Numbered from the stretch's first letter, positions 37,306-45,449 are shown. The stretch: DNA of 61,381 nt from Terriglobales bacterium (GCA_036491415.1 DASXCC010000132.1:1-61381); one strand, 5' to 3'. The notes: generated by a model not told the origin, from the letters alone. Translations and numbers: made by a program.

Positions 37306-37360
37306 GTTAAAAAACATAACCGGCTGCTATGTCCCAAGATCCGTACATAGGCAGCCGGTC
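37306..37360 (-). terminator. rho-independent terminator after the small Tyr/Pro/Arg-rich protein gene
   Basis: Minus strand reads ACCGGCTGCCTATGT-loop-ACATAGCAGCCGGT followed by TATGTTTTTT. Confidence 0.7.
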
Positions 37361-37385
37361 TTTTCAACCTCGTGAGATGTGCTGC

Positions 37386-37676
37386 TTACCGGCGCCAGCC
37401 ATAATAGCCACGGCGCACTTCATGCCGCGGATACCAGCGGCTGTAATAAGGGCCCGCATAGTTCCGGCGATACACCCGAACCGGCGCTACTGCAACGAAT
37501 GACCGTGGTGCATAGTAGGCATGCGGCGCATAGTACACATAAGGACGAACCGGATGTACGTACACCGGAGCGCCCACATTCACTCCGACCACGACGCCGG
37601 CGTGAGCTTTCGGCGCCGCGGAAAACATGATTCCTACCGCTAAACCTGCCATCAAAACTAGATTGCTTTTTTTCAT
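37386..37676 (-). CDS. 96-aa secreted protein rich in Tyr/Pro/Val/Arg (low complexity, uncharacterised)
   Basis: MKKSNLVLMAGLAVGIMFSAAPKAHA signal peptide, then VYVHPVRPYVYYAPHAYYAPR...GYYGWRR. GGAGGGTG SD. The track start at 37799 is rejected. Confidence 0.6.
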   Translation of the reverse strand: MKKSNLVLMAGLAVGIMFSAAPKAHAGVVVGVNVGAPVYVHPVRPYVYYAPHAYYAPRSFVAVAPVRVYRRNYAGPYYSRWYPRHEVRRGYYGWRR

Positions 37677-37808
37677 TTCAGCACCCTCCGTCCTACACTT
37701 ACTCAAACACATCCTGCTTTGAAAAGTTGCGTGGTGAAAGTCGCGAATGCCGCGTATTTGCAGTGCTTTTCGCGCGTAAAGATGTGTCACGATGGGCAAA
37801 GAAACGTA

Positions 37809-38081
37809 TCAGGGTTTTCTGTAGTTTTGCAGGCATGAAACTTTAGTCGATGGGTTTAAATCAACCAATTTCATGATTGCCGCATCTTTGAGTGCGCCGA
37901 TCATTAGCGCGTAGCGCGCTTGCAGCGTGACACGATTGGCAGCGGGAGCACTCAAATGCGAAGAGATGATTTGATGAAGCCTGACGTGATCAGTGAAGTG
38001 ATTTTGGTAGGAAGCGCGCTTGTACTTTTCTTGCCCGTAGTGACTGTAATCATTGCGATATTGTCGGCAGCATCCGGCCAC
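37809..38081 (-). CDS. hypothetical 90-aa ORF downstream of the MmcB-like gene (doubtful)
   Basis: The only ORF of 60 aa or more in this 430-bp stretch. GTG start without a clear SD, and no recognisable motif. Confidence 0.25.
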   Translation of the reverse strand: MAGCCRQYRNDYSHYGQEKYKRASYQNHFTDHVRLHQIISSHLSAPAANRVTLQARYALMIGALKDAAIMKLVDLNPSTKVSCLQNYRKP

Positions 38082-38107
38082 TCGTTAGTTAACTAGGCTG
38101 TATTCGA

Positions 38108-38671
38108 TTAGACCGTTTCGACGGGATCCAGTTCAGTTTGCTCCAGGAAGTAATTGGGTTCTTCGTCCACGGGCATAATGCCTTTGGGTAGGCATCCGTT
38201 ATATTTCGCCATCCTGTTCTTCCACTTCAGAAATTCTGTAATGGACTCCGGCTCAATGCGGATTTCCACGCGCCGCAGACTGGCGAGCAGCAGGTTCATT
38301 TCATAATTCAACCCCTTCGCAGAGCGCAGGTTTTTGGCGGACGGTTTCGTCATCTCGATTTTGCGATTTCGATATTCGAGCAATCCCCAGCTAGTGGGAA
38401 GTTCCTCTGTGCGGATTAAACCCGCAGCTACAAGATAGAACCGTTCGCACCCCAAACCTTGAGCGGTATTCCCGCGAAAGGGTTTTTCGCGGTCGGCAAG
38501 AAAATCCGCGCGGGAAATTTTGCATTCGATCAAAACAGAATGGTTTGCGCGCTTCCAGCCGATCGCATCGGGCATTTCGCCGCTTACACACGCCTGCTCG
38601 GACAGCACTACCCCACAACGATAACTGCGTAACCATGCGACTGCTTTTTCCACCAATTGCCCATGAGTCAT
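38108..38671 (-). CDS. PD-(D/E)xK nuclease-fold protein, MmcB-family-like, with about 90-aa C-terminal extension
   Basis: PDAIGW...VLIECKISRADFLADREKPF....GCERFYLVA matches the D..ExK core and the K-S-x-x-D-F / C-[DE]-R-F-Y pattern I recall for MmcB-type repair proteins. Confidence 0.55.
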   Translation of the reverse strand: MTHGQLVEKAVAWLRSYRCGVVLSEQACVSGEMPDAIGWKRANHSVLIECKISRADFLADREKPFRGNTAQGLGCERFYLVAAGLIRTEELPTSWGLLEYRNRKIEMTKPSAKNLRSAKGLNYEMNLLLASLRRVEIRIEPESITEFLKWKNRMAKYNGCLPKGIMPVDEEPNYFLEQTELDPVETV

Positions 38672-38929
38672 TGCGCTTCGTTTTTACTGCAATAAAGAGG
38701 AGCGTGAAAGTACCCGCGCAGTTTCTCATTGTCTTTTAATCCGCAATCACGCAATTACATTTCAGGGCGCGAGAAAACCCAGTATTTACGCGGATATTCT
38801 GGCAATTACCTCCGTAACGTGCAACGTCTTACCTTTTACCGTTACGCTAGTGGCATCTAATTCTGGAGCCGGCCAATTACGATTACGGGCACAACTAAAG
38901 AAAGCAGAATCGCCTCGGCGCGCGCCTTC

Positions 38930-41659
38930 GTGCACAGCCTGAATATTCTGGTGAAATATGTGCGGCTCTATGGCTCTGAACACACCCGCACGAAAGCGCA
39001 GTTCGAAATCACCTGGACTGAGCTTCAGAATGGCTTGCCAATCAGCGGCGAGAACGGTTTCCTTCTAGGGGTTTCAGAAAGTAAACTTTTGCTGGATGGC
39101 ATCCCGCTCGATAGCGGACAATCGGAGCGCAGCTTCGCGCAACTGCTGACAACCGCGGGCCTGGCCAGTATCCAATTCTCCAGTCAGATTACAAAAGAAG
39201 ATTTCGATAAGTTGCTGCGTGTGTTCGCCTCAGCAAACTCTAAAGCGCAAGACCTGAGCAAACAGATCAAAGGAATTTTCGGCGATTCGAAACAGTCCGC
39301 GATCCGCATCAATGAAGTGAAGTTCGTTGCCGCTGATCCGATGACGGGTGAAATCAGCATTGCGGCGCAGATTGCGGCACAGACGCTTGGTCCCGAATTC
39401 AAAGAGTGGTTGAACGATCCGCAGAAACTGTTGCAACTCATCGCTGCCGCGGAAGGCGCCGGAAGCGGCGGCTCTGGCGGCGGGGGTGGACAAGGAACGG
39501 GCGGAGGCGGTGGAACTGGCCAAGGAACTGGAACAGGCACAGGTTCTGGTTCGGCTTCGAATGCGCCTGTTTGGGCCGCTCCAAAACCAGGCCAGGGCGG
39601 CGCGAGCACAAATGTAGCTCCCAACCGGGAAAGTTATGGGGATTGGGATGGAACCGTGGTTCCTCTTCAAGAAGAGGAAGTGGTTCAAGCGATCCGCCTG
39701 CTCACGAAATTTGGCGAAGCTGCAAATGATCCCACAGTGAAGCCTGATTTCCTGCAGAAAGAATTAAGCCAGACCGACACCAATACCAAGGTCAACCTGC
39801 AGCAATTGTTGAATGGCTTGGCGGGCAATGCGGTTGCGAATGCAAATTCCGACACACCGCTCTTGATGAAAGCCGCCGAGCACATGGCGATCCGCTTCGC
39901 GCTGGACCGCTTCCAAAAGGGCGACATCAAAGTAAACGCAGTCCATCAGATGCTGGAGCATATGAGCCGGCAGATGGATACACTGCGCCGCATTCTCAGA
40001 ATTCAGGAAGACAAGATGACAAAGGCTGGGATGCTTATCGAATCCCATGCCGACATTCTCGACCGCATGTTCTGGGCAGAAGTTCCGGAAGCAGGCAAGA
40101 AAAGCGTGCTCATGTCGCATGAAGCGCCCTGCGTGCCTCCCAGAAACATCCGTCAATTTATTGAACAGTTACTGGAACGCCCCGACAATGATACCGCCGC
40201 GGCGATCCTGAAAAATTATTGCTACTGCCTCGATAGTAAAGATCTCGAGCCGCGCCGCAAGACAGCCATCGGCGTCAGCCAGCTTGGCGATTTGTATGCC
40301 AACCTTGGCGACAAGACCATGTCGGCAGCGCTCCACAAATTAGGCGAGTCTCTCACCAAAGAACAAGATCCTGAGTTGCAGGCGCTCATCTCGGCTGCCT
40401 TCGTGCGGTTGAGTTCAGAAGCCAGCAACCGCAAGCAATACGGCGCATTGAGCTCAGTTTGCGAAGCCATGGACGCGATCGGAAAACAACGCCCGGTATT
40501 GGCCAATGATCTTCGGCCGAGAGTCGGCGTGGAAAACCGTTTGCCTGAATTTATTGAAGAGGGATTGCGACAGACCAAGTTCCCACCAGAACTCGTCCAG
40601 GTATTACGCCGCACACCCCATGCTTCCGTTGAACATCTTGCGGACCGGTTCTTCCGCTGCATGCGCCGCGAAGAATGCGACCAGATGATGGACTTGACCC
40701 AGGAACTGGGGTCTTCGGCAATGCTGGAATTGCGCGAACTGCTGCGCACAGGCCAGCCGCGTCAGGCTGCTTCGGTCGTTGGCTTAATGAGCCGCCTGGA
40801 TGTTCCTTCGCTTTTGGAATTGTTGCCAATCCGCCTGAAGGAATGGTCGCGTTTTTATCACGACATTGTTGTTCGCCAGATCGCTTACGGCGCAGCGCCC
40901 GACCGTGGACGGACACTACTCGAATTATTGGAAGTACTCGATCCGCTGGTCATCCCGCAAGCTCTCGATGAAATCGGAATGAGCGGCGACCGCAGCTCAG
41001 TCCCGCCGCTTCTTGTGATGGCGGAAAGCGGAGAAGCCAAAGAGCGTTCCCCACTCTTGCAGGTGAAAGCGATCGAGTCTTTAGGAAGATTGCGTGAGTT
41101 GGAAGCAGTCCCGGTATTGCGAAACCTGCTGGAATCGAAGAAACGCTGGAAGCTGATGAACCACCGCGAATTACGTATCGCTTCGGCACAGGCTCTGGCC
41201 AAGATTGATCCGCGATATGGAAGCCAGGTAGTTTCAGACAGCGGCCTGGAGCCGGCAGAATTGGCGATCGCGCCTCTCGATGCAGCTCCGGCTTGCCCGT
41301 GGGTCCGTCAGCGCCGATATGAACGTATTGCTCTGCCACGCAGCCTAGCTGCAAATATCAGCAGTTCCTGGGGTAAATCTGCCATTTCTATTAAAGAATT
41401 GAGCCTGGGCGGCGGTATGGGCACGAAAGAAGATAACCTTCGCATCGGCTCAGAAGCTCTGCTCGATATTCCTTTAGGGATGCGCAAGCACATTCGCGCG
41501 CAAGTCCTGCTGCGCCGCGCACGCATGAACGAAGTAGGATTTGAAATCGTAGAAACCGATTTGGAAAGCCGCTATCGCTTGCGCGAGCTGCTTATGCATG
41601 CCATTGAAAATGCGCCGGAAGCAGGCAGCACGAACTGGAACGGCAACCGCAAAAGCTAA
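38930..41659 (+). CDS. large HEAT-repeat protein with Gly-rich linker and C-terminal PilZ domain (c-di-GMP receptor candidate)
   Basis: PilZ motifs RRYER (41312..41326) and ELSLGGG (41396..41416). HEAT-like repeats around 40880..41210. GSGGSGGGGGQGTGGGGGTGQGTGTGTGSGS linker (about 39452..39560). The start is uncertain: GTG 38930 has no SD, while the in-frame ATT 38876 has GGAG 7 nt upstream. Confidence 0.75.
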   Translation: MHSLNILVKYVRLYGSEHTRTKAQFEITWTELQNGLPISGENGFLLGVSESKLLLDGIPLDSGQSERSFAQLLTTAGLASIQFSSQITKEDFDKLLRVFASANSKAQDLSKQIKGIFGDSKQSAIRINEVKFVAADPMTGEISIAAQIAAQTLGPEFKEWLNDPQKLLQLIAAAEGAGSGGSGGGGGQGTGGGGGTGQGTGTGTGSGSASNAPVWAAPKPGQGGASTNVAPNRESYGDWDGTVVPLQEEEVVQAIRLLTKFGEAANDPTVKPDFLQKELSQTDTNTKVNLQQLLNGLAGNAVANANSDTPLLMKAAEHMAIRFALDRFQKGDIKVNAVHQMLEHMSRQMDTLRRILRIQEDKMTKAGMLIESHADILDRMFWAEVPEAGKKSVLMSHEAPCVPPRNIRQFIEQLLERPDNDTAAAILKNYCYCLDSKDLEPRRKTAIGVSQLGDLYANLGDKTMSAALHKLGESLTKEQDPELQALISAAFVRLSSEASNRKQYGALSSVCEAMDAIGKQRPVLANDLRPRVGVENRLPEFIEEGLRQTKFPPELVQVLRRTPHASVEHLADRFFRCMRREECDQMMDLTQELGSSAMLELRELLRTGQPRQAASVVGLMSRLDVPSLLELLPIRLKEWSRFYHDIVVRQIAYGAAPDRGRTLLELLEVLDPLVIPQALDEIGMSGDRSSVPPLLVMAESGEAKERSPLLQVKAIESLGRLRELEAVPVLRNLLESKKRWKLMNHRELRIASAQALAKIDPRYGSQVVSDSGLEPAELAIAPLDAAPACPWVRQRRYERIALPRSLAANISSSWGKSAISIKELSLGGGMGTKEDNLRIGSEALLDIPLGMRKHIRAQVLLRRARMNEVGFEIVETDLESRYRLRELLMHAIENAPEAGSTNWNGNRKS

Positions 41660-41676
41660 ACATCTTGAAACTCCAA

Positions 41677-41710
41677 TAAAAAAGCCCCTGCCAAAAGCAG
41701 GGGCTTTTAC
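41677..41710. terminator. bidirectional rho-independent terminator between the PilZ gene and atpE
   Basis: AAAAAAGCCCCTGCcaaaaGCAGGGGCTTTT. Confidence 0.8.
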
Positions 41711-41723
41711 TTTCCTTAAAAAC

Positions 41724-42029
41724 TTATTTCACCTTCAAGAAGATGATGACGAAGGTGTAGAGCGCCAAAGACTCGATCAGCGCCAGGCCCAGAATAAGGG
41801 CGAAGGTGATTCCAGGACGCGCGGCAGGATTGCGGGCAAGCGCTTCGGTTGCAGAAGCAGTCGCTCTTCCCTGTCCAATACCACATCCGGCGGACGCGAT
41901 GGCCATGGAGAATCCAGCGGCCAATGCGACCCAGTTCACGGTGCTGCCGCCACCGCTCTGCGCTAATGCCGGCATGGCAAAGCACATGACCGACATCGCC
42001 ATAAATACATAACTCATCAATCTACGCAT
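41724..42029 (-). CDS. atpE: F0F1 ATP synthase subunit c
   Basis: GIGQGRA..EALARNP..ILGLALIESLALY with the conserved carboxylate Glu. GAGGAG SD. Confidence 0.92.
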   Translation of the reverse strand: MRRLMSYVFMAMSVMCFAMPALAQSGGGSTVNWVALAAGFSMAIASAGCGIGQGRATASATEALARNPAARPGITFALILGLALIESLALYTFVIIFLKVK

Positions 42030-42121
42030 TTGTGTTTCTCCTCTTATTACTTTGAATTGCCGTCAGTGGGTGGTTGACGTTCACCGTGCTGACGCCCTCA
42101 CGCTAAACGGCGTTACAAAAC

Positions 42122-42853
42122 TCAGTGCTCTTCCGCGACCGCGCCCGACAAATACGCCATGGTCAGCAGAATGAAAATGTAAGCCTGCAAAAATGCTACG
42201 AAAGCATGCAGTCCCAGAAAAATGATGGGGACGCCAAGTGGTACCAGCGAAAACCAAACCCATGTGACCATGTCGCCGGCAAACATGTTGGCGTAGAGAC
42301 GAGCGGTGAGCGAAAGAATACGGGCAAAGTGGCTGATGATTTCCAGCGGCAACATAAGCGGCGACAACCACCACATGGGCCCAAGAAAATGCTTAAGATA
42401 TCCGATGCCGTTCTTCCGGAACCCCTGCGCCTGGTAATAGAGAAATGCGAGAATCGCGCATCCCAAAGGAACCACGGGAACGCCAGTGGGCGATTCAAAA
42501 CCCGGAATGAGTCCTAAAAGGTTTGAGATCAGAATAAAGAGTCCGAGTGAGACCAGGAATGGCGTGAAGCGCTCGCTGTGATGGCCGATGATTTCTTCAC
42601 TTTGTCCCTGAACAAAACCGTGCACGCCTTCAAAAAGATGCTGCAAACCGCCCGGCCGTTCCACCGAAAGTCCCGAGCGCACGAGTACGAAAAGAAGCAG
42701 AAGAAAAACGAATACCAGCAACTCCATCGCCACGGAATTTGAAATGGGCGCAAGCGGATATTTCGGCTCAAAATGCACCATGCGTAAAAGCACGGTGACG
42801 GGACCGGCCAGGTAGCGATTCAGGAATTCGGTGACGAAAAGTTGCTCAGGCAT
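42122..42853 (-). CDS. atpB: F0F1 ATP synthase subunit a
   Basis: ILSLTARLYANMFAG (conserved Arg region), with 5-6 TM helices. Confidence 0.92.
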   Translation of the reverse strand: MPEQLFVTEFLNRYLAGPVTVLLRMVHFEPKYPLAPISNSVAMELLVFVFLLLLFVLVRSGLSVERPGGLQHLFEGVHGFVQGQSEEIIGHHSERFTPFLVSLGLFILISNLLGLIPGFESPTGVPVVPLGCAILAFLYYQAQGFRKNGIGYLKHFLGPMWWLSPLMLPLEIISHFARILSLTARLYANMFAGDMVTWVWFSLVPLGVPIIFLGLHAFVAFLQAYIFILLTMAYLSGAVAEEH

Positions 42854-42910
42854 AATTCTGTTTCAGTCGCGTTATGCGCTTTAACCCTAAAATCTCTTCT
42901 ACTTGGGAAC

Positions 42911-43339
42911 TTAAACGCCCTTGGTAAAAGCAGCGTACGCCTGGTAGGCGGCTTCACACGCGATGGCAGCTATGGGCAAAAAAAGACCCGCAAATAGCCC
43001 CTTCAGACTCGCGGGGGAAACACTTAATATAACACACGCTGCGATCCCCATTAGCGTGTAACGGAGCAGTAAACGGATGATCACTCCGGTACCCGATTCG
43101 CTTTGTCCTGACTGGGTTACGCGGTCCGCAACGGCCGTCACCATGCGCTTGAGCCAGAAGAAATTCAGGTAAGCAATCCCTGATCCTACGGCCACTCCCA
43201 ACGCCAATCGCCAGCCGAGGAGGACGAAAAAAATGACGGTGACGCCAATCCAAAGCAGCAACATGACACGCTCAATGCGGCCCAAAGCTCCGTCAAAGAA
43301 TTGTTCGCTCGTGAGGTCCATGGCAGCCAGCGGGGTCAT
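42911..43339 (-). CDS. atpI: ATP synthase protein I-like membrane protein
   Basis: Position between atpZ and atpB, four TM helices, and ATGA overlap with atpZ. Confidence 0.55.
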   Translation of the reverse strand: MTPLAAMDLTSEQFFDGALGRIERVMLLLWIGVTVIFFVLLGWRLALGVAVGSGIAYLNFFWLKRMVTAVADRVTQSGQSESGTGVIIRLLLRYTLMGIAACVILSVSPASLKGLFAGLFLPIAAIACEAAYQAYAAFTKGV

Positions 43340-43569
43340 GAGTTTTTTTCAGAAGACATTCCGGTGCGGATGAGCTGAATAAATCCGGCAATAATTCCCA
43401 GAATTAAGCCGGCCATATAGAGCCAACTCGTGTGAAGCCAATGGTCGAGGCCCATCCCAAGCAGCAGTCCCGCGACGGTTGCCGCCGGAAAGATAAAGGC
43501 AATCTCGCTGTACTTAGCGAATTGCGCCCAAATATTATCGTTTTCTGGATCTTTGTTCTGGGAAGTCAA
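43336..43569 (-). CDS. AtpZ/AtpI family small membrane protein
   Basis: YSEIAFIFPAATVAGLLLGMGLDHWL and two TM helices. TTG start 5 nt after GAGG. Confidence 0.6.
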   Translation of the reverse strand: MTSQNKDPENDNIWAQFAKYSEIAFIFPAATVAGLLLGMGLDHWLHTSWLYMAGLILGIIAGFIQLIRTGMSSEKNS

Positions 43570-43586
43570 AAGTGCCTCGCGCTCTA

Positions 43587-43910
43587 CTATTTCATTGCAG
43601 CAGCTTGGTAGCTTTCAATCAAGTCGCGGATGCGAATGGCATCAGTTTTGCGGTGTCCATGGCTGGCAATGGGATCGGATCCACCGGAAGAATCGATGCG
43701 AATGTTCGACCAGAACACGCCCGTCGAAATCTGCACCGATGCGACCGCGTGGATGGCAATGCTTTCTTCGGTGTTGCCAAACAACCGCGGCTTGATGCGG
43801 CTCACGCGCAAAGGGCCCACCGCAATGCGTGTGGGAAAAAAGAAATTTCCCTTGGTGAAGCGGCTTGCTTTGAAAACTTCTTCCGTGGAAGTGGCGGGAG
43901 TTGTGGCCAT
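43587..43910 (-). CDS. hypothetical soluble protein heading the atpZ-I-B-E operon (possible bacterial PH-like fold; unassigned)
   Basis: Its stop lies 17 nt upstream of the atpZ start. ATG 43910 (or TTG 43922). No motif I can name with confidence. Confidence 0.5.
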   Translation of the reverse strand: MATTPATSTEEVFKASRFTKGNFFFPTRIAVGPLRVSRIKPRLFGNTEESIAIHAVASVQISTGVFWSNIRIDSSGGSDPIASHGHRKTDAIRIRDLIESYQAAAMK

Positions 43911-44078
43911 AGTCGGTTCCAATAAGACGCAGCCATCTTATCGTCTTAGCGCGGTAAAGGACAATCCAGCGGCCTGAATATATGGCCCCTTAAAGTTCGT
44001 AATTCCGAAACACGAAATTTCACGCGACGAATCTGGCGCCCAAAAAGCAGATCCCCGCAAAAAACGCTTGGGATGGCA

Positions 44079-44128
44079 AATTTAATCCTAAATTTTAATC
44101 CCTCAATTTAATCCTGAATTTAATTCTG
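44079..44128. repeat. four tandem ~12-bp AT-rich repeats (AATTTAATCCTA / AATTTTAATCCCTC / AATTTAATCCTG / AATTTAATTCTG)
   Basis: Read directly. The last unit overlaps the stop codon of the 130-aa gene. Preceded by the REP-like CGCTTGGGATGGCAAATTT (44065..44083). Confidence 0.8.
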
Positions 44129-44512
44129 GCGATCAGGCATGAGAAATGTCGTCTTCGCTAAATCCGATTGCAGGGTCTCTTCGCGATAGTAGCGGCTTAA
44201 AATATTCGGCTTCCATGCCAGAAGATCAGGATTCTGCGCGACGAATTCTTCCCATGTAAGCTTCGCTCCCGCGCGAGTCATGCGTTCACGAATTAAAAAC
44301 AGATATGCCCATGTGATGGTCTCGTTATAAAGATGCGGTCTTCCATTTTTTATTGCGAGCCGTTTTAGCGCGGAAGAGAACTTTTCCAGCGCTTCAAAAA
44401 TAGGAAATTCGCAAACATAAGCAAATCCCACCCGTACGTGATCAACGTGATGAAATCCTTCGCCTGGCGGTGTACCCTGCTCGAAACTTGAAACGATTTC
44501 GCTGTTGGTCAT
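44120..44512 (-). CDS. conserved hypothetical helical protein (130 aa)
   Basis: Clean ORF with an ATG start and no SD. TAACAT lies 6 nt upstream. The internal motif YNETITWAYLFLIRER recalls a family of unknown function. Confidence 0.55.
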   Translation of the reverse strand: MTNSEIVSSFEQGTPPGEGFHHVDHVRVGFAYVCEFPIFEALEKFSSALKRLAIKNGRPHLYNETITWAYLFLIRERMTRAGAKLTWEEFVAQNPDLLAWKPNILSRYYREETLQSDLAKTTFLMPDRQN

Positions 44513-44662
44513 AGTGCAATGTTACTGGTGTAAGTAAGAGAATTGTATGTCAGTAGTGGGATATGGCGGGATCGTGGGGGATCAATTTCTTTCCTCCTGC
44601 TTGGCCCTCGAATCCAGATGAACAGCTTGCGCTGTTGATTTACCGAAATCTGAGACATTCCC

Positions 44663-44691
44663 TTGACATGCAACTCGACGTGTTGTGATAG
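44663..44691 (+). promoter_or_regulatory. sigma70-like promoter candidate TTGACA-N17-TGATAG for the DUF4386 gene
   Basis: ccTTGACAtgcaactcgacgtgttgTGATAGg, about 30 nt upstream of AGGAGG-ATG. Confidence 0.4.
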
Positions 44692-44723
44692 GTTTGCGCA
44701 CCAAAACAGGAGGAAAAACATAC

Positions 44724-45449
44724 ATGAGCACCGGTGGAAAGGTGGAGCGGCTTCCCGACATGTCGCCGCGTTTCTTGGCCAGAATGGCAGGGGTGTGCCA
44801 GTTGCTCGAAGCAATTACTGCGACATTCGGCCAGGTGATTGTTCTCGGTAGATTAACTGTCTCTGGCAACGCCGCGGCTACGGCTGCGAACATCGTCGGT
44901 CACGAGCGCTTGTATTGGTTGGGATTCGGATCCTCGATCTTAGCCGTACTCCTCCATGTTGCTTGGGCATTCCTCATGTACGAGTTGTTGAAGCCTGTGA
45001 ACCGGCGCGTCTCGCTATTCGCCTTGTTCGTCATGCTCATGGGATGCGCGATGTTGGCTGTGACTGGGCTTTTGTACGTTGCTCCGCTGCTTATCTTGCA
45101 GGGCGGTGCTTCGCTTAGCGCATTTACCGCGGCCCAATTGCAGGCGCTCGCCGCTGCTTTTCTCCAGCTGAATGCATACGCCTTTGACATGCACGTAGTT
45201 TTCTTTGGAGTTTGGTGCGTCCTGACCGGCTATCTCATTTTTAAGTCGAGTTTCCTGCCGAAGATACTAGGAATATTGCTAATCGTTGCCGGGTCTGGCT
45301 GGATGCTCTATCTTTCGCCGCCCTTCGCAGCCCATTTGTTTTCGTTCATCGCCGCCGCCTCGGCAATAGGGGAATTGCCCATAGAGTTGTGGCTCATCGT
45401 GGTTGGCGTGAACGAAGCACGATGGAAGGAGCAAACGAACGTGGATTGA
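44724..45449 (+). CDS. DUF4386 family membrane protein
   Basis: ATG 44724 lies 9 nt after AGGAGG. SPRFLARMAGVCQLLEAI N-terminus and six TM helices, typical of DUF4386. Confidence 0.65.
   Translation: MSTGGKVERLPDMSPRFLARMAGVCQLLEAITATFGQVIVLGRLTVSGNAAATAANIVGHERLYWLGFGSSILAVLLHVAWAFLMYELLKPVNRRVSLFALFVMLMGCAMLAVTGLLYVAPLLILQGGASLSAFTAAQLQALAAAFLQLNAYAFDMHVVFFGVWCVLTGYLIFKSSFLPKILGILLIVAGSGWMLYLSPPFAAHLFSFIAAASAIGELPIELWLIVVGVNEARWKEQTNVD

Noticed and set aside
39184-39688. Pro-rich minus-strand ORFs (146 and 152 aa) inside the HEAT/PilZ gene
   Set aside because: They are the reverse-complement reading of the GGN-repeat linker (Gly codons read as Pro). There is no independent support.
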